Below are positions 47,671-61,408 of a DNA stretch of 64,000 nucleotides, in pieces; positions within the stretch are counted from its first letter, which is position 1, and each line of letters begins with the position of its first letter. The stretch is from positions 15,628,998 through 15,692,997 of the forward strand of contig OZ037767.1 in assembly GCA_964035545.1 (NCBI GenBank), given 5' to 3'. This stretch comes from Bugula neritina (taxonomy: Eukaryota > Animalia > Bryozoa). The notes beneath the pieces are model-generated. The model saw only the letters and a list, made by a program, of their open reading frames with translations. It made no database searches and was not told the DNA's origin. A program made the position numbers and the translations under genes.

Positions 47671-48613
47671 ATGAGTAGCAACAGCACATTTGGTGAGTAA
47701 CTATGCATACAGTACTTGTATTTTTCTAATTTATTAGAACTTGAAAGAGAATATTCTATCTTGAAATTTTTGAACTAAATTTTATCTGAGAGTAATTAAA
47801 AAAATTCTCATCATTATAGTTGAAAATTCTTTTTTAATGTTTTTATATTATTTTTAAAATGTAACTGTTTTTAGATTTCATGTAACTTTATAAGTTTAGC
47901 TTGCATAGAGCCTTTAAAACTAAATCTGATTCTAATCTACAAACTGTGTGTATAATATCACAGCTAACTCTTTCAGTATACAACTTTTTGTTTAAACTAA
48001 AAATACTTGCTTAGTAGGTACTAAATTGCCGTAAAATACAATAGTGTACTACATAGTGGAGTACGAAATGTAATGTATAAAATTGCTTAACACTATTTTA
48101 ATTTCAGACATTAAAAAACTCCCTCCAAAGAAGAGATACACGTTAATATGGAGGAATTTTAACATTCCTCCACCTGCACACATAGCAAGACGATATGCTG
48201 AGATAATCCAACCAGAACCATACTATGACTGTAATGAGTAAGTACTGCTTTACTGCTCAGTCTTTTTGTTGTAACCAGAACTTTTAGTCAAACTGCTCTC
48301 TGATTACCAAATAAACTTTCTCCATATAATTATTTATAGTCTACATCTGTCAGGTTTGTGTTTGCAAGGCTTAAATTAACAATAAAGGCATATATTTAGA
48401 TATAGAAATATTCCATGCATCCAGTAGTTTTGATGATGATGTAATTCTAAACTTTGACTGGCAGAAGAGAAACTGTTATGAATCTTCATATTAATATCTG
48501 AATAACTATTATTTTATTATACTTATAGAAAGATGACAAGTTACCTCCAAGATGGTGGATTACATACATATTATGTAATAAACTCTGATACTCAGGTGAA
48601 AAGGGAGAGCTGA
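47671..48613 (+). CDS. Microgene copy 3, 78 aa (exons 47671-47692, 48108-48237, 48529-48613)
   Basis: Intact frame, same splice sites, LPPKKRY. Confidence 0.75.
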
Positions 48614-49378
48614 ATCTGTCACATGCTGAGGAATTGAATTACTCAGTTTTCTGTATTTTATTAACTGATCTACACAAGTTTCTTCAAGTGTAAAGTTAGC
48701 TGAATTGTCAAACAAGCATGTCACCACAATATTGATATTTATATAACTCTTTAACTATATAATAATGAATATAAATATATGTACTATATTTTATTTTATT
48801 GTATTATTCAAACTAATAAAATTATTTTATTATCTCATAAACCAGGTGTGCTGAAATATAAATATATAACTTTAATTATAGATGTGCATACAAGTATATA
48901 TTATTTCATGTAGCTAGTAATAGATTGTAATCCTTGCCTATAACAACTGCTAAACACAAAAAACTTTAGTGAAACTATAAAAAAGAGCTAAAAATCTAAT
49001 GCTCTAGTAGATTACATGACATTCGTATGACTGCTGCTTTTATTCATAGTTACTGTTTCGATTTTAGCAGCAGTCATAGTCTGTACATCTAGTGCTGTCA
49101 AATATTTTTGAACTGCCTGTTTAGTTAATTTTGCAAACCAAAAGATGAAAGGCTCAGCATTTATCATGTCCCATAATTATTATGTAATTAAATCTCCTTT
49201 CAAAGAATTCACACCAGGAAAAATAGCTGTATAATTACTGACCAATCAGAGAGGATTAAAATTTGAGAAACTCAGAAAGCCAAAAGTCGAAGGCTGTAAT
49301 TAAAGAATTACATAATAGAGCAGCTGTCATCAGCTGATAATAACAGTCTGGTTGTGGGTAATTATTGTACTTGCATGT

Positions 49379-49552
49379 TTGTTTGTTTGTTTGTTTTTAT
49401 TTTAATGTCGTAGTCGAGAAAAAATTAATTGAGAAAAAAATAAACAAAATGACAGGGCCTATGGCGCAATAGCACTGTAGCTAGTCGAGGCACTGAACCA
49501 TGAATGGTTGACAGTTATATAAGATTTTTGTTTAGGTTTTTTGGAAGTTTAA
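49379..49552 (-). mobile_element. 5'-truncated LINE/SINE 3' end with (AAAC)n tail
   Basis: Absent from the paralogous sites (~2645, 39450, 46610); flanked by ATGT; microsatellite tail as in CR1/L2-type elements. Confidence 0.7.
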
Positions 49553-51084
49553 ATGTGAGCTGTATATCCAATGAAATGAGTCTAACTTATACTAGTTTTA
49601 TCCAGTAAATTTGTTTTTGGCCATATCTCAATATTAGCCTCAATAAATAACAATAAAACTTTGGTAACCTAACGTCTACTGCCTAGGGCTGGTGAGGAAT
49701 CAGGACATAACGCACATGCTTGCTGTAAACATGTACGTGTTGCTATGGCTACTAATGATGATCTTATATTTGATATTTGTAGAAGACAACTCTCACAGGT
49801 ATTAATAATTTGCCTTTTCTTCATTCAGCTCTTAAATTTTGCCTAGAAAAAAGAGAAGGCAAGGTGGCTCAACCAACGCTGTATTGAAATACTTGAAGAA
49901 ATAACCTGTCTACATTACTAATGAGTGTTACATAACTGGAAGGTAGAGAAGCTTATATGTTTCACAACCAAACACAATTTCTCTAACTGATCTTTAGTTA
50001 TAATGAGATTAAGTATAAGCAATGATCCTGATACTATTACGCCTTCCTGGTACAAGATATATAGTATTTACAGGAACATCATTATAGTAGAAAAATGTAC
50101 TAAGCAGTTTTACTTGTATTAAAATAGCAACTGAAGTATTGCAGAGTCATATGTTTAGTAATCAGAGTTTAACTCTATTCAGATATCTCAGCTTACATAG
50201 CTTCATATGGTCTACTGTAGTGCTGACTATCAACTGCTGCCTCTACAGTTCAGTCATCACCTGTACTGTACTATTTTATATATTTATATATATAATTAAA
50301 TAAGAGAGAAGCGGTATAGGAGTTGTGTACTTTTTAGTTTATATGTTTCTATGGCAACATGTAATGTATGGAATAACAAAAGGCCATCATTTATACTATT
50401 GTAATGTGCATTACTTTCTCCCTACCTGTTCCTCACCTCATAATATATATTACAGCTGATTCCAAGTCATGTATTTAGTTTGATGTTATCAATATAATAT
50501 AGTAAAACTTAAATCCTTGTCACTGAGCAATGTCTATATTGTGAATATAATATAGCAATGATAGTGCAGTTTATTAAACATTATAATATTTTTAGTACAA
50601 GTAGTTATTCCATACTCTAGACATGTCTTGTTTGTTTCATAAAGAACACATCTAGTTATTTGTAAATGGAAAATTTTGAGATTTCTATTAGTATAAATGA
50701 GACTAATACAGTTTCATATATTCACTATAGCAGCCTAAAGATTATATAACTCTATATTACTAATTATCACAATCCAACTCTTGATATATAACAATCTACA
50801 CGTACTACTCTATTAGTAGTTGTCAACACCTGCAGGATGGTCACATGACCACTGCTACCGCTCAGACAGCTTAATAAATGACAGAATAAGGAGAATGATG
50901 GCTGATCAGATGTAATAACATAACTTATCAATTCACTTGAAATCTTAAATTCTGTTTGTTGAAAGTTATTTGCTTGTGTTTTGAACCTTGCTTTTTAAAC
51001 ATTATAACTATTGTAGTGTCCTTTAGAATAAATAGTAAAATTTCATAAATTTGGTTTTATTTAGTTTGCTTACTGACACTCTGC

Positions 51085-51436
51085 TGTAGTAATTCGTGCA
51101 ATTACTGTGCGTGAGTTATCTACTTGCGTATTTAGTTGGCTATTCTACTAGCAATTACTAGGGTAGCTGTCGAGTAATTATGTTTATTATCCACAATACA
51201 ATATGAAGCAAACATTACATCAAATTATCCTATATACTTAAGTCAACTACTAACACATGTTTCTACTTCAAGCCCTCGCTTACAACAACGTGATCAATGT
51301 CAATTGCCCAGGAACTGTCACGTGAGTCGGAAGCATATCTTCCGGTGCTGCTGATTGGTTACTACATAGGAGCCTTAGTATTCTCAGAACAAAGAGCAGA
51401 CGATTCTCATATTAGTACATTGCGTGACTCACTACA
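51085..51436. mobile_element. Solo LTR, TSD CTGC
   Basis: TGTAGT...ACTACA; empty site at 4167-4170. Confidence 0.9.
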
Positions 51437-52149
51437 CTGCTGCCAATTTGTTCATAGCTGTTATAATATATATCAATTGGCAATTTCGCATCTACTGAAA
51501 TTGCCACACTGCGTTTGTGTTGTCACATATTGTTGTAATTCGCACAATTGTTATGATTTTCAGAATTAGAGTTGATATGCAATCCAGAGAGTCTATTTAC
51601 TTGCTAGAGAACTTTACCAGGATAAATCGAGTGAAACGAGCATATATTTTACACACAAGAACACATTACAAAAACTATACAAATACATTCGGTAATTCTA
51701 CACATCTAGATCATTCAGCACTCTAACTTCGACTATAACTAACAGCGGGAAAACTAACTACTGCTACTAACTATAAAAGCCGCTAATTGGCTGTCCATTG
51801 TTCCGGCTCAATTACGTGACCCTGTGTAATTTGCTGCTGGTAGCTCCACGAGCCACCACACCGCCCCCACCAGCAGAAAGCCCTCTTTCTGATACAAAAA
51901 AATATTTCATAATTAAACGCATACATCAGTAGACCAAAAAGAAAAAGACATAACATATATATAGATACACAATAACAGACAGAGTCATTATAACAGCATG
52001 CCACATACAATTGGCCAGCTATAGAGAAGAAATACCGGCTAGTTGTAGTATTGGACAAGAGGTTGAGCTGTCGAGCTGTCAAGCATTTGCATGATAGTCT
52101 TGGGTCCCCAAGAGGATAAGGCTTGCAGATCATTCCGGGCAGAAGAACC

Positions 52150-53010
52150 AGAGTCAGTGTTTGGCAAGCCGATGTTTGGCCTGGCGGGCACGTAGCTTCC
52201 TCTTAATCCGACCAACGGAACCTTTTAACTGATAAAGTCCCGTCAAGGTACTAAGCAGATCCGGTGCTAACTGGGTAAACTCAGCCTGAAGCCGGAGGAG
52301 ACGTTCCTCTACGGTGGCCAAGCGGGCGGGGTCTGGGGACGGCGTCTGTCTTTGACGAGGGGGGGACTTGGGGACCGGGTCCGCCTTCTAGTCAGAGGAG
52401 GGGAAACTTCTTCTTCTTCTTCAGGGTAAGCAAACTCTTCAGGGGTATACACAATCTGAGGGCGGTCGGACACCAACGGGGATTGTTGCCTGGCATAGTC
52501 TAGTACATGTTGAAAGCCCGAAGTCAAGACGGCCAACAACATTGCCTTCTTTACTAAGGGTCGTATCAGGGTCAGGAATTCTGGGTAGAGTTTAGCATCT
52601 ACCACGTAATTCTCTCCGGAGAAACAGCCCGCCGCCCGGTGTCTGGTGACGGGGTAGAGGTAGACATCATTATATCCGCAGGGGCAGAATGTGAGTAATA
52701 GGTGGGCGTTGACATGCAGCTTCAAGGAGCAGTGAGAGGCACACTCTTCGCCACAAATCTGGCACCGCGTCTTTCCTTTGGATCCCCAGGCTGTTTCTAT
52801 CTGCTACTCCGTTTCCGGGGACACCCACCGCCAGCGGCGACGCAGTGGCTCAGGCCGGTCACCATTGGTGTACTCCTCAGGATGCGGAGCGGGACGTGCT
52901 CTATCCCGTACCCTGGTTGTAACGGGTCGAGTGTAACCTGAAAGAGTTTCAACAGTGTTAGTATAATACACTGCAGTGTTGCCGGCTTGGACAGCCTGGC
53001 AACTTCTCAT
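52150..53010 (-). pseudogene. Gypsy ORF3 zinc-finger protein, copy 2
   Basis: Homologous to 4880-5710; premature TAG at 52804-52806. Confidence 0.7.
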
Positions 53011-53253
53011 TCAGTTAACACTCATAGAGATTTATGGTAGTGAATAGTTGGATAGAACACATATTGCAATGAGATTGCAAAATCTCTAAGTCAAACTGAG
53101 TTCTTACCACAATAGTTCACTAACCTATCTCCAGCTCATTTGACTCGGTGAGTTGGAGCTGAGTGATGCAATCTAGTTTCCATATCAAAATATAGTTAAC
53201 TCACCCAACGATCCGTTGTTGTAAGACATACTGAATTTCTGAAATGGTTTGGA

Positions 53254-56200
53254 CTATTGACTAGGAACACGTCTACTCTTGGCTGCATTAGCACACGAAA
53301 AGATCGAGCAACGTGGTTGGGGTGCGTGACTAAGACTTTGCGCACCCGGCGGATGAATTTTGTTTCTAATTCCGCCGATACAAAAGTTGATATTTCCGTG
53401 GTGTTGACAACTCCCACAATTGCTCGATACTTTTCCCGTATGGTTTTCCCCTAGACTTTCATACGCACCGCTTTGAATGCAGTCATATACGAAGTCTTTT
53501 AAGTATGCTGGGGGTTGCCTCGTACATTTTCCCCGCTCCAGGGGAGGTGACGCACTCGTCGGTGTATTAGTAGGGGCCTCTGGTAGCGCCTCTACTTCAC
53601 TGTTAGTGGTCACTTCTTCTTGTTCTCCGGATAGAGCCCCTCCCTCCGTGGGGGTTTGCACTTCGGGAACTGGCTCGGTTTTTGGAAGTGATGGATTCAG
53701 ACTTGGCGCAGGCGGTGGCGGACGTGCTTCTGCAGGCAAAAGCTGTCGCTCCTCTCTCACAATGACTTCTTCCCGCGAAATGACCACTTCAAATTTAGGT
53801 CCATGCCGCCGTCGCCCGCGCGTTGTCGTTTGCCTCCTGGGCTCTAACAACGGGGGGGGGGGGGGTTCTCCCACTGCGTCCGGGCTAGCCCAATACGGCT
53901 TCAAGCGAGCCTCATCCTGGATAGACACCTGTCCTGAGCGCTTGATCTTGTAAGTATGGTTGGGCATAGCCTCAGCAATCACGTAGAGTCCCACAAACTT
54001 AGGCTGTAACTTAGCCGCCTGTCCGCGACGCCTACGGTAATTGACCATCTACACCCTATCTCCTGTCTGGTAAAGGGGTGGTTCCTCGGAATTTTCGTAT
54101 CGCACCTTCCACTGCTGTTCGCGCAGTATTTCGTGTGCAACCTTTATCCGTTCCACTAGTTCACTGGCATACTCGCGAACCGAGTTGTCTTGCTCTGGAA
54201 CGTGGTAGGTAAGATGGTCAGGGACACGAGTCTCTCTCCCGAGCATCAAGAGGTTTGGGGTCTCACCAGTACTGGTGTGTGGGGTGCTACGGTATGTGCG
54301 CATGACTTGCGGCAACACCGTGTCCCATTCCTCCTGACTGCGTCCGAGGAGAAGACTCCGGAGCGCATCACCTAGCATCCGGTTGTTGCGCTCCACCACC
54401 CCATTACCTTGGGGATGGTAAGGGGTGGTTCTGCTCTGATTTACTCCCCAGAGGCGGCAAAGGTCGCTCTTCAGTTGGGACTAAAACTGAGCGCCTTGAT
54501 CAGAGTGTATCTGTTCGGGGAGCCCGAAATAACAGAATACATGTTGGTCTAGTGCCTGGCCACTATTTGGGCTGACGCATCTGGGATAGCCAGAGCGTCT
54601 GCCCACCTAGTAAAGTGGTCGGTCAGTACCAAGATCCTAACTATTGCCTCTGGGGGTCAGGGGCATGGGTCCGACCAGGTCAACAGCTACTACTTGCCAC
54701 GGCCTGCCAGCATATAGCCTCCGCCGTCCCGCTTTACCAGGAAGACGGCCATGCTTGCTGGCCTGGCAGATTTCACACTGTTTGGCTCTGAGCCGGACAT
54801 CTCGCCCCATTTTAGGGCAATACCACCGGAGTCGTAATTTAGAGATCACTCTCTTGACCTCTGCGTGGGCCTGTTTGTGAGCGTCCCAGATTAACTCCCA
54901 GCGTATGGCGCTGGGGCAGACCACCCTCTTCCTCTCCGGGTGTCTGCCGTTGGCAGCTAGAGAAATGGTCAGTAGACCATCCTGCCCGATCCTCAGCGAG
55001 TCCCAACGCTGGCAGAGCAGCCGGAACTCGGCGCATCCCTGCCGTATGCGTTCCTCGCTGAGTCGTCGCCCTTCCTTTTTAGCCCGATATATGTCTGCCA
55101 CTACCCCAGGCAGCTCTTCCTGGAGCTTGTTCAGCTTCCGGACATTATCGGCTAAAACAGGATTGGCGGGGAAGTTTTGTACAACCTCCGGGGACTCGTC
55201 AACCTCCTGCCTGAGTTGACCTTGGTCCCAATCAAACTGTCCTCCGTGGTGAGCCAGTGTCTCTAATTCACATTGCAGGGGACCTCCGTCCCTCCTCTCG
55301 ATGTTGAGACACTGTTTGCAACCTCCATTGGGTCGGCGGCTCAAACCATCCGCATTGCTGTGTCTCTTGCTCGGTCAATGTTCGATAAGGTACGAAAACT
55401 CAGCTAGAATTTCGAGCCACCGGGCGACCTGACTAGAGGGTTCCGCTCTCTTGCACAACCAGATCAGAGAGGCATAGTCCGTACGCAGCCGGAACTTCCT
55501 GCCGTATAGGTATGGTCTGAAGTGCTTCACTGACTTGATTACTGCCAGCAGTTCCTTGCGGGTAGTGCAGTAATTTCGTTCAGTGGGTGAGAGGCACTTA
55601 CTGTAGTAGGCTACAACTACTTCTTGGCCTTCCTACACTTGAGACAGCACAGCACCAACGTTCTGGTCACTGGCGTCAGTGTCGAGGATGTATTCCAGAG
55701 TGGGTTCTGGGTAGGCCAAGATGGGTGCCGTCAGTAGGCAACCCTTGAGGTGGTCGAACGCTCCTTGTTTGACCGGGGTCCACTGCCACGTCACTCCCTT
55801 TGCAGTGAGCTGGTTTAACGGCTGTGCTATGCCCGCAAAGTCTGGTATGTATTGCCTGTAATACCCTACCAGCTCCAAGAAAGCCCGGAGTCCGGTCAAG
55901 TTTTGGGGGGTGACCCAGTCTTCTATCGCCCGTACCTTTTCGGGATCCGTTGCCACGCCGTTTCGACTGACAACGTGTCCCAGGTACTTGACCTCCGGCT
56001 GCAATAGAGCGCACTTGGAAGGTTTGAGCTTAAGACCGGGACCTCGCAGTCTCTCGAAGACCTCCCGCAGACGACTGACGTGTGTCTCGAAGTCTGGGGA
56101 AATCACGATGACATCATCGAGGTAGATCAGCAGTGTCTTCCAATGGAGCCCGCTGAGGACTTGCTCCATCAGCCTCTGGAAGGTGGCTGGGGCGGAAGTT

Positions 56201-57311
56201 AACACAAAAGGCAACACCTTCCACTTCCAAGAACCGTCCCGTGTGATAAACGCCGCCTTCTCCTAGGCGTCGAGACTCAGAGGAACTTGCCAGTAACCGC
56301 TCATCAAGTCTAGCGTACTGAAGTACTTGCTGCTGGCTAAGGCGTCCAATGACTCGTCAATACGAGGTAGAGGGTAGGCGTCCTGTATGGTTACGCTATT
56401 GAGCTTGCGGTAATCCACACAGAACCGCCAACTGCCGTCTTTCTTCCGGACTAGTACGACCGGCGAGCTCCACGCACTATGGGCGGGCTCGATGAGGCCG
56501 CGGTCCAAAAGATCCCGGACCTTCTCCAGCCCTAGCCTGCGCCTGGGTTGCCGGATAGGGACCGTCCCTGCAGTCAGCGGTATTTCGTGTCTGACAACTC
56601 CAGTCAGTCCCACGTCATTATCTCCGCTGCTGAACACATCCCCGTAGTCGCATAGCAACTTCGCCATGGCTTGGCATTCCTTGAGCTGACTGACAATAAA
56701 CGTTTCTTGGATCGTTTGATCATGGACGCGTCCGGTCAGCTCAATTATACCGTAGAAGGGAAGACACGACCCGTCAGCCAGGGTGCCATACTCCCCCTCG
56801 TACGGTTCCATCTTGCCCCTGACCCTAGAACTGATGGTATCGAAGAGTTGGCGACTTATGAGGTTCGTGGTACAGCCCGAATCAATTAGGAAAGTAACAG
56901 CTTGGCCTTCCAATTTGCCGGGCAAGAAATAGCTGTTTCCATGGGGCTGCACCTGAACTCTCTCTTCGTGCCTGGCTCTCGCAGATAGTACCTCCCTCGC
57001 TTTAGGTTGTGAAGGAGGTCGCTTGGGATGGTGGTAAGTTGGCCTCGGAGGTGCAGAGGCTAGGTTTCCGGCTATCTTCACTGGCTCCCATTCAGATTCT
57101 TGGGCCGGTAGCCCGTCGAATCGATTGTGGAAGAGCATAGAGAAGGTGGCGGCGGGGCAGGGCGAGGCCTCTTGCTGGTCCGTCGTGGCTGTTGCCAACC
57201 TCGGTTGTCAGCACGTGGTACCCGTCTGGGTGACCTACGTTTCTTCTTCCCTGGGGGTTTCATCATCAGCCCGCAGGAGGTGGGAACATCTGCGGGCCGC
57301 GGTAGTTTAAA
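53254..57311 (-). pseudogene. pol: Gypsy pol, copy 2, disrupted
   Basis: DSG protease, LIYLDDVIV RT, RNase H, H-H-CEIC, AVDL/VERNNR integrase, KFVGLY GPY/F-like region. Confidence 0.95.
57268..57311 (-). promoter_or_regulatory. Putative -1 ribosomal frameshift signal (gag-pol)
   Basis: T_TTA_AAC in gag frame, 6-7 nt spacer, GCCCGCAG/CTGCGGGC stem; -1 frame open toward the protease. Confidence 0.75.
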
Positions 57312-57764
57312 CCCGGTGTTAGGAAGGGACAGTACCTGCGGAAGTGTCCTTGATTTCTGTTTTCCCAGCAAAAATTGACCGTTTCTTCCGGTGGCGGCGC
57401 CGGTGGCCGTACTGGCTCAGGGGCGGTGCCTACAGGGGTTTGGGATGCCAGTGTTGCTATTAGTTTGACCAGCATTTCGATCAGTTGAGTGACTTTCGAT
57501 GCTGCCGTTAACTGGGCCACGGCAGCCGTCGCGGAGGGTTCCTCCTCTCGCACCTCTGCCGTGTCCGCGCGGTCTACCTCCACTTGACGGGAGCTCCCGC
57601 GACTTTTATGCATCTGGTTTGCCAGGAGATAAGCTTTCCCCTCTGTCAGGGCATCTTCAACGGTGGTGACTCCCCTAGCTAGAAACTGGTGGTGGAGACC
57701 CAGATCGTTGACAGATTGTAAAAAGGCGTCAAGGGTATACCTCTCACGGTTGGCTTGAGGCAAA

Positions 57765-60339
57765 CACAGTTGGTTTAAGGTCATTACTTTCCAGATTCAG
57801 GCACTGCTTTATGTTATATATAAACGGTTTCCAGGGGATAGCTCGAACAGTTTTTGTCTCACATTAACAAATTTTACATGAAAAGATAGCTCTTGCATTC
57901 CTCTTTCATATACTTTTTTAATTTTTGAATAAAAATTTTTTTGAGAAAGTTGTTGCATAATAAGTAAAATTTTACACCCTCCATGTTCCACTGCTGTAGC
58001 ACAGGGGATTCATTTTATAAAGTATAAAAGTTAAACTTGACATTCCTTGATATGTTTTCTCTAATATACTTTCTTTGTTTTTTGAAATTCTGTTTATGCT
58101 CTTCACAATTTGGTAAAAACATACACCATTTTGCAAGTTTCACTGCAATTTTCTAAATTCTTCATATGGTGGTTCTAGCTACGCTCCTGTGACTAATTAT
58201 AACATTCCTAGTACGTTTGCCGCTCTGCGCTATCACAATAACATATAGTACCCTCTCGCACAAATTGGCAGTCTATTGGATTTCTGCCAATATAATGTTC
58301 CCTGTTTTACATTAGCACTTAGCTGAATCATCTCACTATGTTACAATAATATATTGAAAATGCCTCAGCACAACATAATTCTTTGTTTGTTTGGCAGAGT
58401 TAATTTCAGCTAAATCACTTCACTTTGCAGTCTTGTCAGTAAAGGTCTGTCTATAGAGCAGCAGGTGTACTTTCAGTTTCTCTAATTCACATATGATTAT
58501 TTTAAGTACATTGTATTCTATAAGATCAATTTAAGGTTTAGTCCAGTGTTCAGTATCTAATTATTATGCATGTATGTTGTCTTACTGTTGAACAAAAGTT
58601 AAAAAAAACTTTACAATTATAGCCATATTTATTATACATGCGTAAGATTTGCATAAGTTTACAAAAAAATTTGTGACAAAACAGGGTTGAAGCATAACCT
58701 ACTAACTCCTCGCTGACGCCTCTAACCTCTAGACCACGCAGTCATAGTTAATAAAGTACGCACTATATGAGTAACTATGATTACATGAATATTTCGCGCG
58801 CAAATGGGTTATAATTATTAGGCTGTCAATTGATGCTGATAGCAGTCAACTGTTGCAATAGTCTCGGGTTACTAGCAAAGCTAATGGTTTTGAACAAATA
58901 ACCCAAAAGTTTAAAAATAAGTAGCTTGCGTATTACTAGCTACAAAAACAGGTCTGAAATAGACTGGTAAAGCAAGCTCTTATTGTAGAGTTTGCAGATG
59001 TGCTCTAAAATAAAACTTAAACTGTATGGTATTACATAAGTATTTGTATGCGAGAGATAAATGGACATTACTGAGTTTCTGGAAAACAACATACTTGAAG
59101 TTAACTTTGACAATGGTGTGTTATTTTCATCATACACTAGCACAGATAGGGCCTATAGCATAAATCTCTAATCATATGAATCTTTATGAAGCCCACAGCT
59201 CATGTAAGGGTGGCAATTGTAATTTGAAACTAAAAATTATGTTGCTGCATTTTGTCTAAGGTATATTAGAGAGCAGAATTTGGTTTTACTAGCCTGCCCC
59301 AACGGCATTCTACAATGCAGCTTATATGCTGGCAGTTGTAATAAGTACTGCCAATAGCAAGGTTACAATCACTGCTAGCTCTGTGCAGTATGTAACCTCT
59401 TGAATAATTGCGCCAATTTTAAACTCTTGGAAGTTGGCCAAGTTATCATATCGCAGCCAGCCACCGGAGACAAAGCATCAGAGCTATTCATATAATATTA
59501 TACTGATGCACTTGGTAGCAGAGTGGCTAATCTAATATAGTTCATAGTTCAACACCCTTTACTTTGGGAATACAGCCTCTTTTTTTAGGTTTACCTTACA
59601 AAGCATGAAAATATCTAAACTGATATTCTGATAATTTAGAGGTACATTTTGAAAACTAGGTTAATTGCACTTGTTTGCACAACAACAATAATAAATTAGA
59701 TATTATGCAGGATAATAAAAACACACATAATACTATATAATATATTATAATGATAATAATATAATATTATAAGTACCATTACTGCATTTTATAAATTACA
59801 TGGTTGCCAAAAAAATGTATCACAAATTTTGTAATTATACATCAAAAATAGAACTAGCTAGGCAGCAGGTTAGAATAGAGTAAATTTTTAAAACATGAAA
59901 TCATGATTTGACTATTGTTTTATTTAGGCCAACCAACCTAGGAATACAAGATTGGGTTTTAGCTGACAGTTTATAACATTTAGCTTTTGAGCCAGCAGCA
60001 CTGGCACTTGTGAAGTATAGGCAAAGTTAGTGAAGCGAGACTAACAAGCACTCAAATACAAGGCATATTGAGACACAATAACAAGTCAGGAGCGTATAAA
60101 TTTAAAAGAATGTGGAAGGGGGACTATGTTTTTCAACAAGCTATAACTTAAACATGAATTGGCTTTTGAAAAAAATAAAAAAGTATATTGGAGAACATAA
60201 GTTTCTTTATCTTTTTATATTTTTTTTGTTCCTGTGACATTCAACCTGTTCGAGCTATCAGTGGAACATTGTTCATATAGAACATAAAGCACCTGGCAAA
60301 GAGCCAGAAAATGAAAAGTATGACCTTAAACCAACTGTG
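57765..60339. mobile_element. 2575-bp non-autonomous CMC/EnSpm-like DNA transposon, 2-bp TSD AA
   Basis: 20-bp TIR CACAGTTGGTTTAAGGTCAT; empty site GAGGCAAATCG at ~9513-9523; no transposase ORF. Confidence 0.92.
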
Positions 60340-61408
60340 AATCGCTGTACGCGATTTGTGCCAGCTTCATGACCGTGGCGGCATGTTCCTGTAGCGGGGT
60401 GTGAAGATCACGCCGCAGCCTCTGTAGTCGGGCCCGAGCATCTGTAGCAGAGATGCCGAAGCGGGCCCGCAGAGAAGCAAAGATACTATCGATGTTTGCG
60501 CCTAGCCCATAGGGCTTGACTTTGTCCATCAATGACATTCTGAGCTTCAGCAGGGCTGCCCTAGGGGGCCACTGGGCGACGTCTATTACGTCGCTAAACT
60601 CTTGGATAAATTGCTCCACCTCTTCTTCGCCCGTGAAGGTGGGCGCTTTTAACCGGTAGCGGTCCTCAGTCAGTTCTCGCGGAACCCTTCGCTCTTCTAC
60701 CACATGATTTACAGGCATAGCATTGTCTCTACGCTCACCTTCTACTGCCGGTTGATGCATTCCAGCGTTTTCAGTCTCTATCTTGGATGTGCACTATCCC
60801 ACCGCTGCCACCACTGTTATGATTTTCAGAATTAGGGTTAATATGCAATCCAGAGAGTCTATTTACTTGCTAGAGAACTTCACCAGGATAAGTCGAGTGA
60901 AACGAGTATATATTTTACACACAAGAACACATTACAAAAACTATACAAATACATTCGGTAATTCTATACATCTAGATCATTCAGTACTCTAACTTCGACT
61001 AACTAACAGCGGAAAACTAACTACTGCTACTAACTATAAAAGCCGCTAATTGGCTGTCCATTGTCCCGGGTCAATTACTAAACCCTGTGTAATTCGCTGC
61101 TGGTAGCTCCACGAGCCCCCACAATATTATAACTTTGCTAATCTATACTATTATGTTGAATATTTTAATAATTATAAAACAAGCAATTTATCAAATTATT
61201 TTATGTACTTTTCTGTGTTTAATTTGCTCTTATTCTATCATATTTTAATCATCTTGTTTTGTGAAAATTGTAGTTTCACGGTGTAAACAGTGTAAATGGT
61301 GTGAACAGTGTGAATAAAATAAACTATCTACACTAAAACATACACCCGTATGGAACTTTCATATCAACCTAGGAGGGCAGTTACAACTATTCAATGCTAG
61401 GTTTAAAT

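Larger units (their letters stand above)
57266..60781 (-). pseudogene. gag: Gypsy gag, copy 2, split by insertion
   Basis: ORFs 60326-60760 and 57266-57784 rejoin at YSD|LPQ; start ATG is ATA here. Confidence 0.9.
51549..61123 (-). mobile_element. Gypsy copy 2 (LTRs 51549-51860 and 60815-61123; PBS 60796-60813), gag interrupted by a DNA transposon
   Basis: Same element at the same site as copy 1; retains the integrase C-terminus lost from copy 1. Confidence 0.97.

Noticed and set aside
57809-59143. Transposase within the 2.6-kb DNA transposon
   Set aside because: Only short motif-less ORFs; treated as non-autonomous.
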